DNA from: Marsupella aquatica
Lineage: Eukaryota; Plantae; Marchantiophyta
Reading direction: 5' to 3'
Assembly: GCA_973895155.1 (NCBI GenBank)
Contig: OZ316897.1
Location: 22,605,455 to 22,669,454, forward strand
DNA: 64,000 nucleotides
Positions within the stretch are counted from its first letter, which is position 1, and every line of letters starts with the position of its first letter. The translations under genes and the position numbers were made by a program. This document shows positions 21,701 through 34,494 of this stretch, in pieces. The notes beneath the pieces were generated by a model. It was not told the origin of the DNA. It did no database searches and saw only the letters and a list, made by a program, of their open reading frames with translations.

Positions 21701-24317
21701 ATCAGTTTGCCCTCACTACTTTTGTCTGACTCGATCCCATGGGTTGCATTCATCCATTACAATCTGTTGTGGTGACTTTATAGACTTTCACACCTTGTCA
21801 CTTGCATCCTTTTTGTTTACAACTCACCTCCTTCGTCCCTCCTAGCTTATCTGTTGCGTCAACACATGTATCATAAGGGCAAAAGGCAGGAGTGCGAAGC
21901 ACATGATTGAATACTAACAAGATCTATCTATCTGCCAATGAACAAAGAACACCACATCAGGAGACAGGAACTCAAAGGCAGAAGACCCAATAAAGGAGGA
22001 AAGATGATTGAATACTAAAATATTTTGTGAGGGCAATACTCTTTTGTGCATAAAAGTTTGGACCAGGTGCAAACCAACAAAGAAAAGAAGGCAATGGCAA
22101 TAATTGTAGATAATGACAAAATTAATAATTCTAGGATGCCAATACCTTTAAAAACATGAAGTCTTCAAGGTTCACAAAAAGCCTACCCCAAACAAAAGGA
22201 AAGTGAAACTACAGTTTGTTTCTTTTTCCTTTTTTCTAACAGTTGAACCAATCAAGAAGCAAGTAATTCAACACTTATCTGAATTCCAAATGCATGATTG
22301 ATTGGTAGAAATCACAGAGAATTGAAAAAGTTTGGGACTTTAGAGAATTTGATCCAGGTTCAAAACTATAATGTGTACTAATCTGGAGGACACTAAAAGT
22401 TTAAGCTTGCTACAGTGCCATTTCCTAACACAAATGGTTTGCTGTCATGTGTTGCTAGCTCAATGCTGGTGCATTGTGAATTGTTGGCTGTGACAGGCAG
22501 AGCCAAGAAAGTGTGACAGCAAAACCTAGTCTGTGGCATCCGACAGTTTGGGCCATGGTACCGTGCAGAGCTTCTGAAACTTGATTATTTTCCTCTTGCT
22601 TGCACAACCATGGCCATCCTGAGTGGCATGGTCTCCCTCGCCTTCAACACCCGCTTCAACACTTCGCCCCCAAAACCCCTTTCTCCTCTTGAATGTGCCC
22701 CTATTATTCAGTCTTATGCTTTCTTATGCCCTAGCTGGCTATTTTACATTTTCTTCCCCTCCTCTCTCTCAACCTCCTTTCTCTCCTTCCCCTCCGCGAC
22801 TGAGGAAGGCAGATGGCCCCAAGGAAAGTGGAGGAACAAGAGTGTATGATATGAGCAAGGGCGGCCATGGTGTTCTGGCCAGGTCCGGGCGCAGTCACAC
22901 AGCCCTGGGGGGAGAGAGGGCAGGCCTGCAGGGTGTGTTTTTGGCAAACCAACTTATGGTCATGAAAAGATCTCATAAGGGAAGGGTTGCAACCCATCCC
23001 CTTTGCTTTTAGTATTTTTGTACCCAGGCAAACAGCACGGAAGAGGGTAACTATGATTACATGTCATAGTGTGTAAATTCTCAAATATACAACTATACAA
23101 GGAAGTAAGAAGACAACTTAATCAAGAACAATGTAAAGACGTACTAGGGAATAAATCAGTACAATTTTCTTGTGACCTAGGCTTTTCAGTTTCAATTGTT
23201 TTTCAGTAGAGCTTCCGTGCTTTTGGCACGGTTTGGAGACTCTTCAGCTCTTTGGCTCCTGGCCCCTTTGGCTCTTTGGTTTTTCCGGGCTTCTCCCTTG
23301 TTTTCCACCTTTTATTGGGCTTTGTGCCATTGAGATATTGTTTCCTGTTTGACTCTTTTTGTTCAATGTTAATAATGATTCTATAAGACCTCAGATAGTT
23401 CACTCAGTTTTCTTGCGAGCCAATCAGTATAACTCTTTAGTCATGGACTTAACAGTGTATAGTGAAGCTGCTATTTTATCCACCTTTCAGATTTTGTCTT
23501 ATTCAGATTTTCTGTGTTTTATATTTTTATTTCAATATGCCTTATCAAGGGGCATCCTTTGTATCATGTAGATTTATAATTAATTTTTGGACTCCTGAAA
23601 TTTTTGGTATCCTAGAGAATTTTGAACTTATTGGTAGCCTTCTTAATTTTTAATCCTTGTTATCTCTTAGATTTCAAGTGTGAAACCACTTGAACAAAGT
23701 TCTTAAGTATTCTTATAAGTGAGAGAAATGATTCTAAATAACATGACCACATGGTGTTTTAAGTTCCCCTCATGACATTCTTTCCTAAGGTTATGATTTT
23801 TATGAATATCTTTCCTAAGTTTATGATTTTTATTGAATTGTGTATCATTAATAATGCACATTGAATTAATTAGTGCACATATCCTAGCACCTTTGTGTAG
23901 AACTTGACTGTACTTTTCTTGGTCACTCACTATGTGCTTTTCTTTGCATGTCTCTACTTATATTATCCCAGTCACATTTAATTATTATGTATTCTAGTTC
24001 TAGTACACTTCTATTTTATCCACTAACATATCACTACAAGACAAAAAAATCTAAGCATGTTCCAGGATGCCATATGCTATATTGCCATGAGTAACATTGG
24101 TATCAGCCTTTGTTTTTTCAATAACGGCAAAAGTTTGCCAAACAAACATGCCTTAGGATTAAGTTGTGCTATTGTAACAAGGGGAGATTTTGAAAAACAA
24201 TTTGAAAATTTGGTCAGATGGTGAGGTAACAACGGGTGTACTCAAGGTTACCGTAGTATGTACTCTTGGTGAGACTGTACAAATGTACTCATAGATTGTT
24301 GGCCTAACTTCCTAAAC

Positions 24318-25620
24318 CTTTGCACGAACGACGGTCCTTGCGTCAGCTAGGAGGAGTTTAACTCCAAAATAGTCATCTGTTGCAGCCGCTCGATGCAATG
24401 GTGTCCTACCAGCACTATCACGTATGTTGAGGTAGGGATAATCGAGACCCTGATCTTGACCTTGAGGGGGTAGAAGTTTGGTAAACTTTTGACCCTGCAA
24501 GAGTCCACTGCAACATGCAATGCCGTTCTGCCCTGGCCATCCCAAAGCTTGAAAAGCAAGAACTTCACAAGATCCAAATCTGAGCGAGAAACTGTGGTTT
24601 GCGTTGGTGATCCTTCAGCTTCAGAATCAAGTTCCCAGGCAACCACCCGACGAAATATTTTTTGTCAAATCGATTTTCTGAGACCCTCTTCCATCGGCCA
24701 GATGGCCTTCTTGGTCGACCATGTGGAGAACGTGGCGTGAAAGAGATAGACTGATCTGGGAAGGAAATTGAAATCGCAGTTCCCGTCATACAACTGCTCT
24801 ATTCGCTCTCGATCACGCGCATTCCGTTTGGCCAGTATTTCTTCGGTTATAGCGGATAGTGCAGAAACATATGTCGCGTAATATATCTGGATCGGACCCA
24901 TCCTCGGCACTATGATAGATAGTTTTCCCTTTCCAGTAATCTGGATCAGACCCATCGTCGTCACTTTGATCGATTGGTTTCCCGGCGCCCTCGCCATTTT
25001 TCTGGACAGCATTCCCCGACGCTGCGGCCATGTTTTTCCCATCCTCGCCACTTTGCTGCGGGCTTTGCTGGACATGTTCCCGCGATGCTCCAGCCATGTT
25101 TTCCCATCCTCGTCTTTTACCTCGGCGTCGCCGCTAATTAAGGATTTGACACTTTTTCAGTTCTACATCGCAGACTTGCTTTATTCAGCAAGTTTACAAT
25201 ATCCTGGTTGCTGTTCACGACTGCCATTGCTAGTGCATCAAGATCATAGTTAGCGTCTACGATTTTCAAAAGATGACAGTTGGTTAAATTCGAACATTGA
25301 TGGTCCCCTCTCGTCCCCTCAATTGCTCCATCGGTACCCAGAATCTGCTGCGCGCATTACCTTAACATCTCCTCTTCTTGCCGCGACGTGCAGCCCAGTG
25401 CGAGGGCGTTCCTTCAGGACATCTATTTTGTTTTTCTTGTGCACCTTTCGAACATCTTGAAGTTTGATCCCTGATTGCCCATCGGCTTTCCATCCTAGGT
25501 TGAGAAGCCCTCGATCGGTCCAAATGTTCCCAACAGCTTCCTAATCTGGGGACAGTCCTCCGAAGCCAAAGTCTTGCACCACAAGTCCTGCAACGGTTTT
25601 TGATCAATTTCAGTCGCCAT
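24318..25620 (-). pseudogene. Ankyrin-repeat gene, 5' part, multiply frameshifted
   Basis: Starts MATEIDQKPLQDLW (ATG at 25620). Ankyrin repeats lie in shifting frames: RTGLHVAARRGDVKVM, ALAMAVVNSNQDIVNLL, WDGQGRTALHVAV, NIRDSAGRTPLHRAAATDDYFGVKLLLAD. Ends at a possible donor AAG|GTTTAG. Confidence 0.75.
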
Positions 25621-25645
25621 TCTGGAGTACCCTTAGGATCCATGC

Positions 25646-25990
25646 TTCCCAATCAAACTTTGCGGTTGATACTGAGACTTCAGCTTCTCCCAGCAATCCT
25701 TAGCATGCAGTAGTAACTTTCGCTAATGTCGTTTGTATCTGCGGCTTGCAGGTAGAAATGATCAGCATTCGTGCATGAGCAGCCTGGGCATTGTACGCCT
25801 CGAGACGAGCTTGAGACTGGTAGTCGCGTTCATCAGGATCCTGAACAGGTAAGACAGCAGTGTCATCCATGAACTTCCATACCCCGTCCGCAGCCAAGCC
25901 TGCAGATACCAACAACTGCCATGATTCGTAGTTGGCCCTGCCAGTAAGTTTCGGAATTAAGTGACTGGAATCTCTGTAGGAGTGAGCCAT
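25646..25990 (-). mobile_element. Ty1/copia gag N-terminal relic (different family from the 39-46 kb element)
   Basis: IPKLTGRANYESW...GVWKFM...ARMLIISTCKPQIQ...T(T)AKDCWEKLKSQY. A 4-bp insertion near 25705 shifts the frame. No LTR or PBS found. Confidence 0.7.
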
Positions 25991-26114
25991 GATTGTTTAC
26001 AGGAAAAGAGTGAGAGTACCTCGAGCAATGAGCAGCTCAATGTTCTCTTACGTTGGTTTGATCAGAACCAATGTCGCCACATCCTAGCACAACATTTGTG
26101 CTCAGTGTCATCTC

Positions 26115-26226
26115 CTCCAGTCAATTCTCCCTTCTTACAAGATCCGATATCTAAAAAACCCCTTGTTAGGTTCCTCCAGTCAATTCTCCCTTCTTACAAG
26201 ATCCGATATCTACAAACCCCCTTGTT
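26115..26226 (+). repeat. About 58-bp near-perfect tandem duplication
   Basis: CCTCCAGTCAATTCTCCCTTCTTACAAGATCCGATATCTA(A/C)AAACCCCTTGTT twice. Confidence 0.9.
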
Positions 26227-28013
26227 GGGTTTGGGCGTCCGCTCCTCAAATTGTGGGTGTGACACCAAATCGTCAAAAACCTAGTGAGCAAATGTGTCGG
26301 AAAAATTCTCCCTAAGGCTACCTGAAAATGTTGCCTCAGCTGCACACATTACAGGCTACCTGCCGAAAGACCTGCCCAGATGGCTGTCCAAGCTGCTGCT
26401 GTTGCTTGCCTCATCGAAATTCTGCCGAGCTGCACCTATCCATCTTTTGCAGTTATCCATCACACATATAGGCAGGGTCTACTCAACTTCATTCATCTTG
26501 GATAAACCTACAAATGTAGATTATATTATATAAGAGTAAGACGTATGTGCAAGTGCTGATCCTTTCGGATGGCGAATGTTTATGGTCGTCACGTCTTCAA
26601 CCTACACAATCATCAGCCTGGCAACGTCACACGCTAAGTTATGAGGAACCAGTAGTACAGTGGGAGTCTCCTAGGGGTCTCTCAAGATTTGGAAAACATT
26701 TTTACCATCGACCAGGAACATTCATGTCCTAACTGAACAGTGAAAAGTACTTTTGATCACCTTTTATTTCTGCCAAGTGTCGCACTATCGAGATTTATTG
26801 TGTTCGGAAATGCTTCCCAGCCCCATCAGCATAAGAAACGGGCACCCATGAAGAACAGAAGGCCAAATGCTTTATTGGAAAAGTGTACTGATGATGTGTT
26901 CTACATTTTCTTAAACGATTTCTCCAGGAAAATAATATGAAAAGAGTACCCGGATTGAACACTACAAGTCGATTGTACTTTGCTGCAACGGAAGCAACTC
27001 CGTTGTGCACGGGTCCTTTTAAGTGGCAAAAATAAAGTGGATCTCATCGGTAATATGTAGACCGTCTCTTCCGCCAAACTTGAGAGGGGAGCTTTATTTT
27101 GCCAGGGACCGTCACATTACAAGTAAGAGGACTAACTTAGAATAAACGCTGCAGTACAAGAATTATCTACTGTGAAATTTCTTGCCTGCCCCTTGTTCCG
27201 GCATAACACTTCAGCAAATCCTCTCTTGGGCGCCGTTTAAATAAGGAAACATTCGAATCATCCTTCGGCCAAAGGTTCGTGCAAATCAAATAAAACCTGG
27301 CGCTAGTGATTCGTCGTGTAGCACGAAGGTTGATTTGTTTCCTACTCGATTTATCAACCGTGAAAGCAGTTTCCCCTTTAGATCAGACTGGAATCTAGTG
27401 ATTGTTATTAATTGGAGCTTTGCTGACGAGTGCGTGAAACTAAATTGCATAACGTGTTGCCAGCTCACCCTGCTTTTCTTGAGAGGTTGCCTGCTTTTGA
27501 ACTTGATCGAAAGGCATTCACCAGTACTACAAACAGTAGATCAGCCAGACAGTGTGCACTTTGTGTCGCAGTTAAATCTGCCTCGGAAATCTGTAATGAT
27601 CACTAAATCTGCCGCACCGTAGTTGGTGCTCGAGCTCGCCACTTTGCTTGAGAAAAAAATCAATCACCAAGCTTCACCTTCGCACTGACCATGGCCAGCC
27701 CAATCTCCCTTAGTGATAGGATCGCCAGCTGGGGGGCTTTTGATTAGTTGACCTGACCAGAACACTCTATCGATCGACTGTAAACATCTCAAAGGAATGG
27801 CTCTTCAATTTTTCACTCCTCAGTCTGCTGCCACTGGAGTCCCGGTCTTGCCGATGGCAGGCTTCTAGAATCTTTAGCGTCATCAGCATTACGAAGATTG
27901 CAACCTCCTGAAAACCTGGCATTGTACTCGGAAGCGGGCTCGGAAGTCCCACGAATAGTTACGAGGGACCGGTGGTGCACACTGCTACCGTAGGAGCAAT
28001 GTCACCTGGCAAT

Positions 28014-28394
28014 AGAGTTTTCCGTAAAAGCAGCCCATGAAAAGACATGCCACTCACCCTGTAATTCTAAAAGGCTAGTTACCGTGAAAGTAGAGCATGA
28101 ACAGACTTTGTAGTCAAAACTCAAGGTGAAGTCCTACAGCTAATGATTTCTAGGGCAACTCTCGACTCTCGTGAGCATTTCTGACATCCCTCACACGGTA
28201 GTTGCTGCCCACATCAAGATTACAGGGTGACTTAGGCATTGCCACCCCCGAAGATCACTTTCCCGTTTTCGCCCTGGATTTTACTCTGGTGTATTTGAGT
28301 GCCGCTGCCACAAGCTAACTCACCCTGTGTTCAGCTCGCTCCTGCTTTTCACCCTGGGAACTCACCCCGTAAGTGAGCTTTTACGGAAAACTCT
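28014..28394. mobile_element. 381-bp non-autonomous TIR transposon with 3-bp AAT TSD
   Basis: Perfect 18-bp TIR AGAGTTTTCCGTAAAAGC (28014-28031) / GCTTTTACGGAAAACTCT (28377-28394), AAT on both sides. The upstream tandem unit preserves an empty site (CCTGGCATTGTACTCGG, 27915). Confidence 0.85.
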
Positions 28395-29065
28395 AATGTA
28401 CTCGGGAAGTCCCACGGATAGTTATGAAGGACCAGTAATGGTGTACCATGCTATCGTAGGCCCGGTGTCTCTCGAGATTCAGGAAGTGTTTACGACTACG
28501 GTATTGATGTCTAGAGTGAAAAATGCTCTTCAACACCGATTCTTCCTGCAATGTCTGGCTGTACGAGTTTTCCTGATTTCTGAAATTCTTATCCGAGAAA
28601 GAGCGATGAGCACACCAATGAACGACGGGAGACCGAATAGTCGACCCGCAAAAGTAAACGATCGCTTTCGTGTCACTAAAGTTGATATCTCTCAAGGAAA
28701 ATACAAAACTTTTCACGATTGACCGAGGACAGTCGATGGATTTGGCTGCAATGGAATCAACTTTTCCTCACAGCTTTCTCTCGTCACTGGACGAAGAGCA
28801 AGAGAACCTAAGTAATCTATGTTGTAGTTAGATCAACGAAAAGAGAAGCTTCTCCAAACAGGAAAGTAACACAAATAATGGCTTTTCACGCTTGACTCAG
28901 ACACCATGACACAACCACGAAACGAGATAGCTGTGACAATGGACTTGTGGAGCCTCGTGGACTGGGGCCAGAATTGCACCACTGAAATGCACAACCACGT
29001 TTTTTACAGGATGCTGGACTTAAATGTCCCCAGTTGAGATGCTTCCAAGAAAGTTCCATCTTGCT

Positions 29066-29290
29066 TATAAAGCGAAGCTAGAGTTGGGGTCTCCCATCTT
29101 AGTTATAAAGAGCGCAGGGAAACCAGAGTTGGGGTCTTCCTTTCTAGTCCTAAAGCGCAAAGGGAAGCTAGAGTTGGAGTCTAGGCTTCTACAATAAAAA
29201 AAGATGCTAGAGTTGGTGTCTTCCATCTTATTATTATTTATAAAGAGCAAAGAGAATCTAGAGTTGGGGTCTAGGCTTCTAGAGCGAAAC
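29066..29290 (+). repeat. Degenerate minisatellite, 5 units of about 45 bp
   Basis: Core C(T/C)AGAGTTGG(G/A/T)GTCT at 29078, 29123, 29168, 29207 and 29258. Confidence 0.8.
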
Positions 29291-32200
29291 CTCTTTAGGG
29301 CCCACCAAAATGTAAGTGTATATAAAAAAAGGTATGTGCATGGAGACAATGATAGGGCCTCAGCAAAACTCATGTGCATGGATGTATTAATGGAGGAAAA
29401 AGATGTGGATGGAGAGAATGATGTATCTTCCAATGATTGCATGTACCATGGTTTCTATCATCACCTCAAAACTCACAATGACTCTTAGCAAAGACAAAAC
29501 TGAAAGTATGGTGGACTAAAAAGATCGGCAAAGATAAAAGGGAAATAGGGTCTAATTATTTTTTTGGCAAAGTTTGATTTGTTTTAATCTACCAAGGGGG
29601 CATGAATCAAAATGTGGGGTTGGAGTGAAAACTAGGATTGGGTGGGGTGAGTTATTGGAGGTTTTGTGATGCAGCTAAACCATGTTTCATATGTTAGCAA
29701 CATAATTTATAATACAAGCAAAATATTAATTTCTTTCTTACAAATTATCAATAGAAGAATGGAACATAACAAGAATACCACCCAAAGGGAATGGGAATAG
29801 AGGCATAAAGAAACTATAAGTGTTTGGTGAATTGCAGGGCAATTTGTTTTAATTTTCAACTATTTTGGTTTTCCTGACCCTTGCTCCACTAAGTTTTAGC
29901 CATGAAACTTTGTATGCTAGACCTTCATCTTGATGGAAAAATCTCTCAAGTGGGGTTTCCTTTTGTCTATTGATACATTATTCTTATTACACTAGGGGAA
30001 TACATTTTGTCAAAACTTTATTGTCCTCACCTCTATTTCATGTTCAAAGAATGGGTACTTGGGGCTAGTTCTAACAGTAATTAAGGGAATCCTCAGGGGT
30101 CTCACTATATGGGGACCTCTCCATCACCTGCGACATTTTTAGGTCTCGGACCCCCTAAAATATAAGAAAGTTTTTTATTTTTTAACCCCTATAAAGTTGG
30201 AATATTCTTGGAATATTCTAAAAATTGGATTAAAAAGACCCTAATGTTCTTATAAGTCTCAAAATTGAATTTAAAAGACCTTATTCTTCTTCTACAAAAA
30301 TTCTTAAGTCTTCACTTAGAATCAATAAAATGACCCTATCCTTCGTCGCAGATGATATGTCATTTTTGTGAAAGTGAAACCCCTAAGAGGGAATCTAAAT
30401 TACAGCTTTTTGCTATCCAATCCCCCAAACTACCTGAATTTGATAACCTGTCCCTCAAACAAAATAATTTATCAGCTTGCCCCCTTCCTTATATGGGTTA
30501 GGGATAACCCAAGCCCTGGTCACCGATGCCATGTGGTGAGTCACCACTGGTTCGGGCTAACCCGGGGCTCTTCCCCTCCCATCTCCTCCTTGCCCCATCA
30601 AAGTGCCCCCGTTGCAGGCCTGAAAGGAGCCTATTCGCAGACGTTTAGCTAGGCCCAAAAGCCCCTTTTGAAAACAGCCTGTTTCTGCCCCAAACACCCC
30701 CTTGTCTTTTGGCCCTCGTTTTGTCCTCCAAAAACAACCCGAGTGTTTACACATTGGTCCTTGTTAGGTACATGCGAGCAAAAACTGCCGCACATTGAAA
30801 GCCTTTAAGTAAAATTCTCTTTGTTGGCATGATCAGTGCCAACTTGATAAGAGATATGAAAAACTAGTAAGTCATCTCTCTCTTATTTTTTTTGCCTTGA
30901 AATGGAAAGCAAACCCATCCAAGTCCAACACAGGATCGACCTGGCTGCCATAAACTTTGGAGCATGCGCCTCTGTATAGGACTGCCAGAAGGGGTGGATA
31001 CCTAGGGATCTGAGGGACCATACCAGGAAAGAGAGCTGACCAGCCACCGGGCAACGAGAGACCAATGAATACTCCCACCACTACTTTCCATTAACTGTGT
31101 GGATGGCCAGCAAGTATCTCCAACATAGTTGGCTCCAAAGTATTCATATTGTGACATGGTAGAACCTCAGGTGACTATCCACAATTTTCCCAAAGGGTTT
31201 CATTCCGGAAGCTCTCTTGTCACCAATATCCTGGAAACTACTATTGGAAACTATATAACGTCAAAGTCTGGCCTTGTAGGAGCAGTAATGTGTTGTTGCT
31301 GCAGTTGGAATGGATGATTGAAGCAAGTACACTCAATTCGATCTTCTGCTTTTGATTGAGTCTTTTGTTAGTATTTAATTTAAAGCTTGGAACAAAGCAC
31401 TCCAATGAACTTTAATTTTCACTAAAATGACAATAATATGATCAATTGCTTATTAATGCTTACTAAATGCTATCTTCTAGAATTAAAATACGACGAGAAC
31501 ATAGCCAAAAACGCAGGCATGTCATATTTGTTACCCTGGGCCCCCACTCCTAGTAAACTATGTGGATTCACCTACCAACTACCCCTCACCTGGTACCCCT
31601 ATTTATTTATTTATTTATTTGCCATAGAGAATACCCTTGTTAATATTAGTAAAACTCATTTTCTTTTCTTATTATAGACTCTTGAGTATCATATGAAAGA
31701 GGACCCCAAATGATTAATTTGATCCTTCTTGCATTATAAATTTCAATCCATGAACTTTAAACTCTAAACCCTAACCTGGCTAAGTGGACCAGGGCACAAC
31801 TTGATCATTGAAGGGCCTACGTACATTGCTTCTTCCTCATATCCAATGGTCTACAGTAGGTTATCCCCATCAATTCCGGGATCAATTCATGTTTCCAGAG
31901 CCTCCACCCCTCCACAAGGCTGAACCGTCATCCCCCCCACAACTTCCCGGACAACTTCAACTCAAACAAGAACCCCAACTAGTACTCCTTTTGGAAAATT
32001 CTTGCCTTAGGATAGGCAAGTATTAACATGTAAGTACATAAACTAAGGTGGCCATGGGGTTGCCATGTATATATACCAATTATAATAGGACATTATGTGT
32101 ACGACTGTTATTATGATGCATGTCATGGCCTATTGCCCCATTATGCCCTCTAGGGGATGGGTTACCCTAAACAACACTCACCCATAATTATAACAAAACT

Positions 32201-34494
32201 GGTTGGACTATTGTGTGGGCCTGTGCCAGGGTACACCATAGGTAGTTGCTTTTTGATATGAAATGACGAGAAATTACGGTTTGGAGAATCTAGAATGATT
32301 TGAAGCGCTATAGTGTAGTGAGCGCTGATTGATTGATTGATTGATGGGTGAAGAACGTCACCACTTGTTTTCCAAATGCTCTCTGCCCTCCCCACCCTCC
32401 CTTCAGGGTGGCTTTCTACGAAGGGGGCAGTTGTGACTTTTTTGACCAAAGGAAAATGGAGGACCTTTCCTTTCCATACCATTATAAAACTTTTGAAATG
32501 AAATCTGATAAATGCAAATCCCTTGAATGAGGGAGCCAAAGTTTGAAAAGGTTTGGACCACTTTTGGAGGTGATCTAAAACTCTGGTCTAACTAGGCACT
32601 TCACATCAGGATTTACTAGTTGGGCCCACTACTTGCTATGTAGGATAATTAGGTACACCCCATACCTTAATGAACCCGAGTTCTTGTAAAGTCAACTAGA
32701 GTCATTTTTCACTCATTACACGGTCCACACATAATCTTAAGGAGAATAAAAATAAACAAAACAATGGGCGAGTGGAATTTATCCATTCAAGGTCCAATGC
32801 TTTAGGTCTCCATATTTGCTTGTGGTCCTGTCTTCACTCATCTACTGATTGAGTTTAGAGTCTACAATCTAGTACTAAAAAAATGTGACTCTTTTGGCTC
32901 GTTAAAAGCCTGCTAAAAGCTGAAATAGCTAAAATTAGTTTAACAATTAGTTTACTTGCACTGGAATTGTCTGAGGGAAAAATTGATGGGGTCCCTGGAG
33001 AGAAACAAATCCCCAGCCAGGGGTAGATTTATTTTTTCCTTTCTGCTAAGAGAGATTTCAAAGTGGAGTCTCTTTTCCTTTCAATGCTCGCAAATATTTC
33101 AGAGAGAATAAATTCACTTCTGCTTGGAAAGATCCCTCTGATTAAGTACATTCCAGTAAACAGCAGAGAGAAGAGGTGGGAGCGAATCTACACTTTTAAG
33201 CTAGGCTAGTTAGAGCGAAGCCTGCAGAACATGACTCTAGGGTACCAGAAATTGGGGTGGGGATGACAATGACAAGGGGGCGGTGGGGGTGGAAGCAGTG
33301 TGACTAAAGCGTGACTAAAGCAGAGTGACTAAAGATTGAATTATTAGGATACGAATGAGACTCGTCGTAGGGTTATGATGATTAGTCTAGGCTTTGCTCA
33401 CTTCTTTTTCGATCGAGACTTTGTGTGGAGATTTTTGTGTCGATCATTTCCTCTCCAGGCGGCCCCACAGGTAAGAACTATAAAGCTTGTTCGATGCGTG
33501 ATGGGTGTGAGGGCGAATGGCGGAAGAGTGAGTCCAGGGGCGACAAATTCGCAGCTCCGATGAATGCTTCCACTGGAGGACTAGCAAGCTTTTGTTAAAC
33601 GTGCAGCTGTGCTTGTGTTGCGGAAATTAAAGAGTTTGACCAATAATGGAAACTCCTAGGTTTACTGTATTTAATTATGCGATCACCACAACCGCCGTTC
33701 AAGTAGATTGGAGACCAGCTCCATTTCATTCACCCAGTGAGAGTCAGTGACAAAACTTGCGGCAGACGCCCGACAAAGTTTTAAGCAACTGTTCACAGGC
33801 AACCAAGTGCTCGGCCACATAACTTGATTCAAGATTGCAGAAGGGCCCAGACTCTGATGAACGAAGCCGTCACGCAGGATCAGACACTGATACATTCTGG
33901 TAAAAGGTGGGCCCGGGTTGAATTCACTCTCATAGATGTCTTTCTTCGCTCTAAGATCTGAGTTTCCTGTCATTTTCTCGATTATGAATCAGTTTCATTT
34001 TAGATATATGGCGGTGGCAGGTCGAGATGAGAATATGGAGAAGCTCACGAAGAGAAGAAGCTGCTGCAGTGAAGGTCGTGAATCCTGAGAAGTACTCACA
34101 GGAGATTTGAGAGATCGAGGTTGGAGAAAGTTGATTAGCTCAGCTAGAGCAGCAATCAAGCCTAGAATGATTGCCAAGCTCTTCACATCATTCGTGCATG
34201 GTCGCAGAAAGTTCAGATCCTCTTCACAGAATTTTTAGGATGTTGTGAAGTCCCTATAGAGTTAAGCGCTAGAACCTACGGAGTAGATTTGAGGCTCTCA
34301 ATTTTATATCGTGAAAAGACTTCCAAATCTGAGGGGCAACCATGATAGTCAACTTCTGAGGAAGAGTAGGCCTCTCATAAAAGTAAGAACGTCATTGTCA
34401 GTTTGGGTTCACTTAGATTAATTGGTACCTCGTGTTCATTGTTTACTCAATTTGCCGAATCCACATAGTTTAGTTCGTATTCTTTAGGCTCTCG

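Noticed and set aside
19570-22450. Shared about 70-bp motif GGAGGACA...TTGCTACAG...TAACACAAATGGTT at about 19572 and 22384
   Set aside because: Probably fragments of an old dispersed repeat; no ends or structure definable.
24091-24195. TAACA-T-TGGTATCAG (PBS-like) followed by AAGGGGAGA (PPT-like), suggesting a TRIM
   Set aside because: No pair of terminal direct repeats or TSD found, and the PBS match is only 9 nt.
25362-25652. ORF containing GTPSHWAARRG as an ankyrin motif
   Set aside because: The better ankyrin match (RTGLHVAARRGD) is in another frame; this ORF is an off-frame read of the pseudogene.
29066-29290. CRISPR-like array
   Set aside because: Plant nuclear context, degenerate 15-bp cores, mutually related spacers and no cas genes.
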